DNA of 63,809 nucleotides, the filler included, from Nemertoderma westbladi (lineage: Eukaryota > Animalia > Xenacoelomorpha), in NCBI GenBank assembly GCA_032718475.1. It is 3 parts of 3 records of this genome, joined end to end, with 100 filler letters (N's around TTAATTAATTAA, not from the genome) between each part and the next. Parts side by side here need not be neighbours in the genome. Positions count along the whole stretch, not along the records: positions 54,109 to 63,809 come from JAUCBJ010001120.1; 2 more parts are not named here. One strand, written 5' to 3'. The position numbers were made by a program, and so were the translations under genes. Below the pieces are notes generated by a model. It saw nothing but the letters and a program-made list of their open reading frames with translations. It did not search any database and was not told the origin of the DNA. Below, piece by piece: positions 61,529-63,809 of this stretch (the stretch's first letter is position 1; the number at the start of each line of letters is the position of its first letter).

Positions 61529-61828
61529 GTGGGGCGAGCCACGCAATTAAGGTGAGGCTTAGCGCACAATTATAATTAGTAAATAGGGCAAAATTTAATG
61601 TCCGTCTGTCTGAATGTCTGTCTCTCTGCACGTCTCTAATGAAATATTAATTCGTTAATAACTTTTGAAGATTTTAACCATTTTCAACCAAATTTTGTAT
61701 GGGCATACTAGAGAAAAAACTCCAATATTTTTTAAAGTTACAATCACATACCTCTCGAACTTTTGACTCCAAATCAAATCGAACTTGTTTCGAACTTGCT
61801 CAAGTTCGCGTGCTGCGCGATGCCCCAC
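61529..61828 (+). mobile_element. Short HINE/DINE-like copy (another partial copy at ~61905-62060)
   Basis: GTGGGGCGAGCCACG...(GTCY)n-like GTCCGTCTGTCTG...GCTGCGCGATGCCCCAC. Confidence 0.65.
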
Positions 61829-62099
61829 GGACGTGTAATTTAAGGTAAACCAACAAATTATTGAATCTAATGCGATAACGTTGGTATTCCATCCCTGTTT
61901 AATTGTGGGGCGAGCCACGAAGTCTTAGGTGAGCCTTTGCGTAACAGTAGGCCTATAATTAATGAACTGTTACCGTCGTTTGGACACTAATAAGTCGGTT
62001 AATCTTTGTTGAAATTGAACTAAACTTGGTACAATGTAGTCACTTCAAAGTTTAGAAAATCTACCAAAGGACTGACTTGTACAGTTTGCCAGTCTGTCG

Positions 62100-62870
62100 C
62101 TACTACTACTACTACTACTACTACTAGGTCGAGCGAACTCCGACAGTGGAAATGAGATCCTTCCAGGCTTCCAGATTCTCCATAGTTGTCGCAATTTCGT
62201 TTCTCCCAAGTTCAGTATCCCTTTCAAGTTGATCTATATATGTTATGGCCGGTCGTCCACGACTGCGCTTTCCATGAGTTGGTTGCCAGAGAAGTAGATC
62301 TGGTATGACCTCGTCTTTACTTTGCCAGCAGTGCCCACTGAATCTTTATCTGCGTTCACGGAGGGTGGTTGATACAGGTGGTATTGTACCATAAAGCTCG
62401 GCGTTTGTCGTGTGTTGTCTATAGCTGATGTTTAGGGCTGCCCTTAGTAGTCTTGTGTAGCAACCATAAATTCGTTGTTCAAGTGATTTAGCCAGTGTCC
62501 AGGTCTCACCCCCGTAAAAAAATACACTTTAATCTAGTCTGTCGCTAGGGGGTAAATTACCCACAGATTGTACTGCTGCTCAAAGTCTTGCCCAGACATC
62601 GAGCTGCACAAAGTACACTTATCGCACCAGGAATCCAGTACGATTTGATTAAAATGGGTGGGCGGGAGACAGAGTTTAAAGCCTGAAAGAAGTCTACAAA
62701 GATGATGGCTACATTAATGTCTTTCCTCATAGCCAATTCTACGCAATGATCCGTCGAAGTACTTTTTTGTTGCCACAAACCAGAAAAGCCATTCAACAGG
62801 ATCCCTTACATGATTCAACATTATTATGTTGAATAGCTTAGCTGCCAATGCAATCAGGCTGATTACACAG
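62100..62870 (-). mobile_element. Internally deleted RTE-clade LINE (second family)
   Basis: (AGT)n tail at 62100-62125. GETWTL...GCYTRLLRAALN...FSGHCW...LLLWQPTHG..RGRP is fused to an upstream IFVDFFQALNSV segment. Confidence 0.85.
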
Positions 62871-63809
62871 CATGATAGTCATATATATATTGTTCATTAA
62901 GGGACAGTAACCAGCTGTACCTTAGCACAAATTTATTGTGGTGCCTTGCTTCACTTTCACTTAGAGAATATGATGAATTAGGTTAGGATACAGTAAGCTT
63001 TCATGAATCGTGAGGTCACTTGAGCTGTTAATGCAGCTGTTCTACTATATGATATTATAATTTGATTTTGTTCAGAAATTGAAAAAATGAGGAAACACGT
63101 CATCAGGGGTTGAACCAGCGCAGTACACGCATTTCGGCCTATCAGGCCTCGACAACCTAAACAGTTCAACCACTCTCCCTCGGAATGCGCGTATTATATG
63201 GTTAAACCCCCGATTTTAAACCCCTCACTTTTACCATTTCTGAACAAAATCATACTGTATTATAGAATCAGGAATAAACAGAAACAGTTAGGCCTATTCC
63301 TGTCTTGGTCTTCATGTCGGTTGCTATTGGAAATTAATAATATTGTAAGAATCATTTATGAAGATAGTAATACCATATAATAATAATTAAAAGAATTATA
63401 AGTTTCCAAATAATTAATTGTATCTAAAAATGTACAGTTTACAGTGATATAATGTACCTACAGTACTATGTACTATATAGTAATAGACACACACATCTCG
63501 AAGATACTTAGTAATAGATGGGAGATTACAAAATACATCCCTGAAATGTGAATGCCCGTTTTCATTACGGGATCCGGGATCTCAATTCAATTTACGTACA
63601 CTTCTAAATATCAATCTAAATTACAATCTGTATAATAATATAGAAACAGCATAATTCCCTCTGTTTACATGACCATTCAGTACGTTTCTCACTTCAAGGG
63701 AATACTACAACAGCTGAACTTATGCATTTAATATTGTAATAAAGATTTTTACCACCCAATATCTAAGCACTCATTAAGAATTCATGGGACTACAGTATTG
63801 ACATTCCGT

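Noticed and set aside
63100-63185. tRNA/SINE head on the minus strand
   Set aside because: Only weak box-like matches, with no body or tail recognised.

Overview
AT-rich eukaryotic (animal, probably marine invertebrate) genomic DNA. It consists of three contigs joined by artificial N-TTAATTAATTAA-N spacers at 25161-25260 and 54009-54108. The only convincing intact host gene is a two-exon, minus-strand gene (5045-4785 + 3720-3493) encoding a 162-aa secreted protein with 8 Cys. A possible spliced DUF4806-like pseudogene lies at about 49250-51570. The rest is repeats. Tandem arrays have 40, 16, 30, 34/28, ~146, 31 (two arrays, ~8 kb in total) and 61-bp units. Degraded non-LTR retroelements include a CRE-like tail, L2, several RTE, an RTEX-like fragment and a palindromic Penelope GIY-YIG fragment. 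There are also LTR retroelement remnants (two LTRs with PPTs, a BEL/Pao gag, a gag-like ORF pair), tRNA-derived SINEs, Helentron-like HINEs, and non-autonomous DNA transposons of Kolobok-, Harbinger-, hAT-, MULE- and piggyBac-like type. The 700-1100 aa ORFs are artefacts of the 31-bp satellite. Four points stand out. (i) Three separate minisatellites appear to have grown out of functional retroelement parts: a CRE ORF end, the L2 inter-ORF/ORF2 start, and an LTR polypurine tract. (ii) A head-to-head Penelope palindrome carries a candidate U3-A8 variant hammerhead ribozyme in each arm. (iii) A single 31-bp satellite is split in phase by a 6.7-kb TIR-bounded insert containing several levels of nested elements. 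(iv) A 2.7-kb VNTR sits in the presumed promoter of the secreted-protein gene. No prokaryotic system such as CRISPR is supported. All family assignments are from motif recognition, not database searches.
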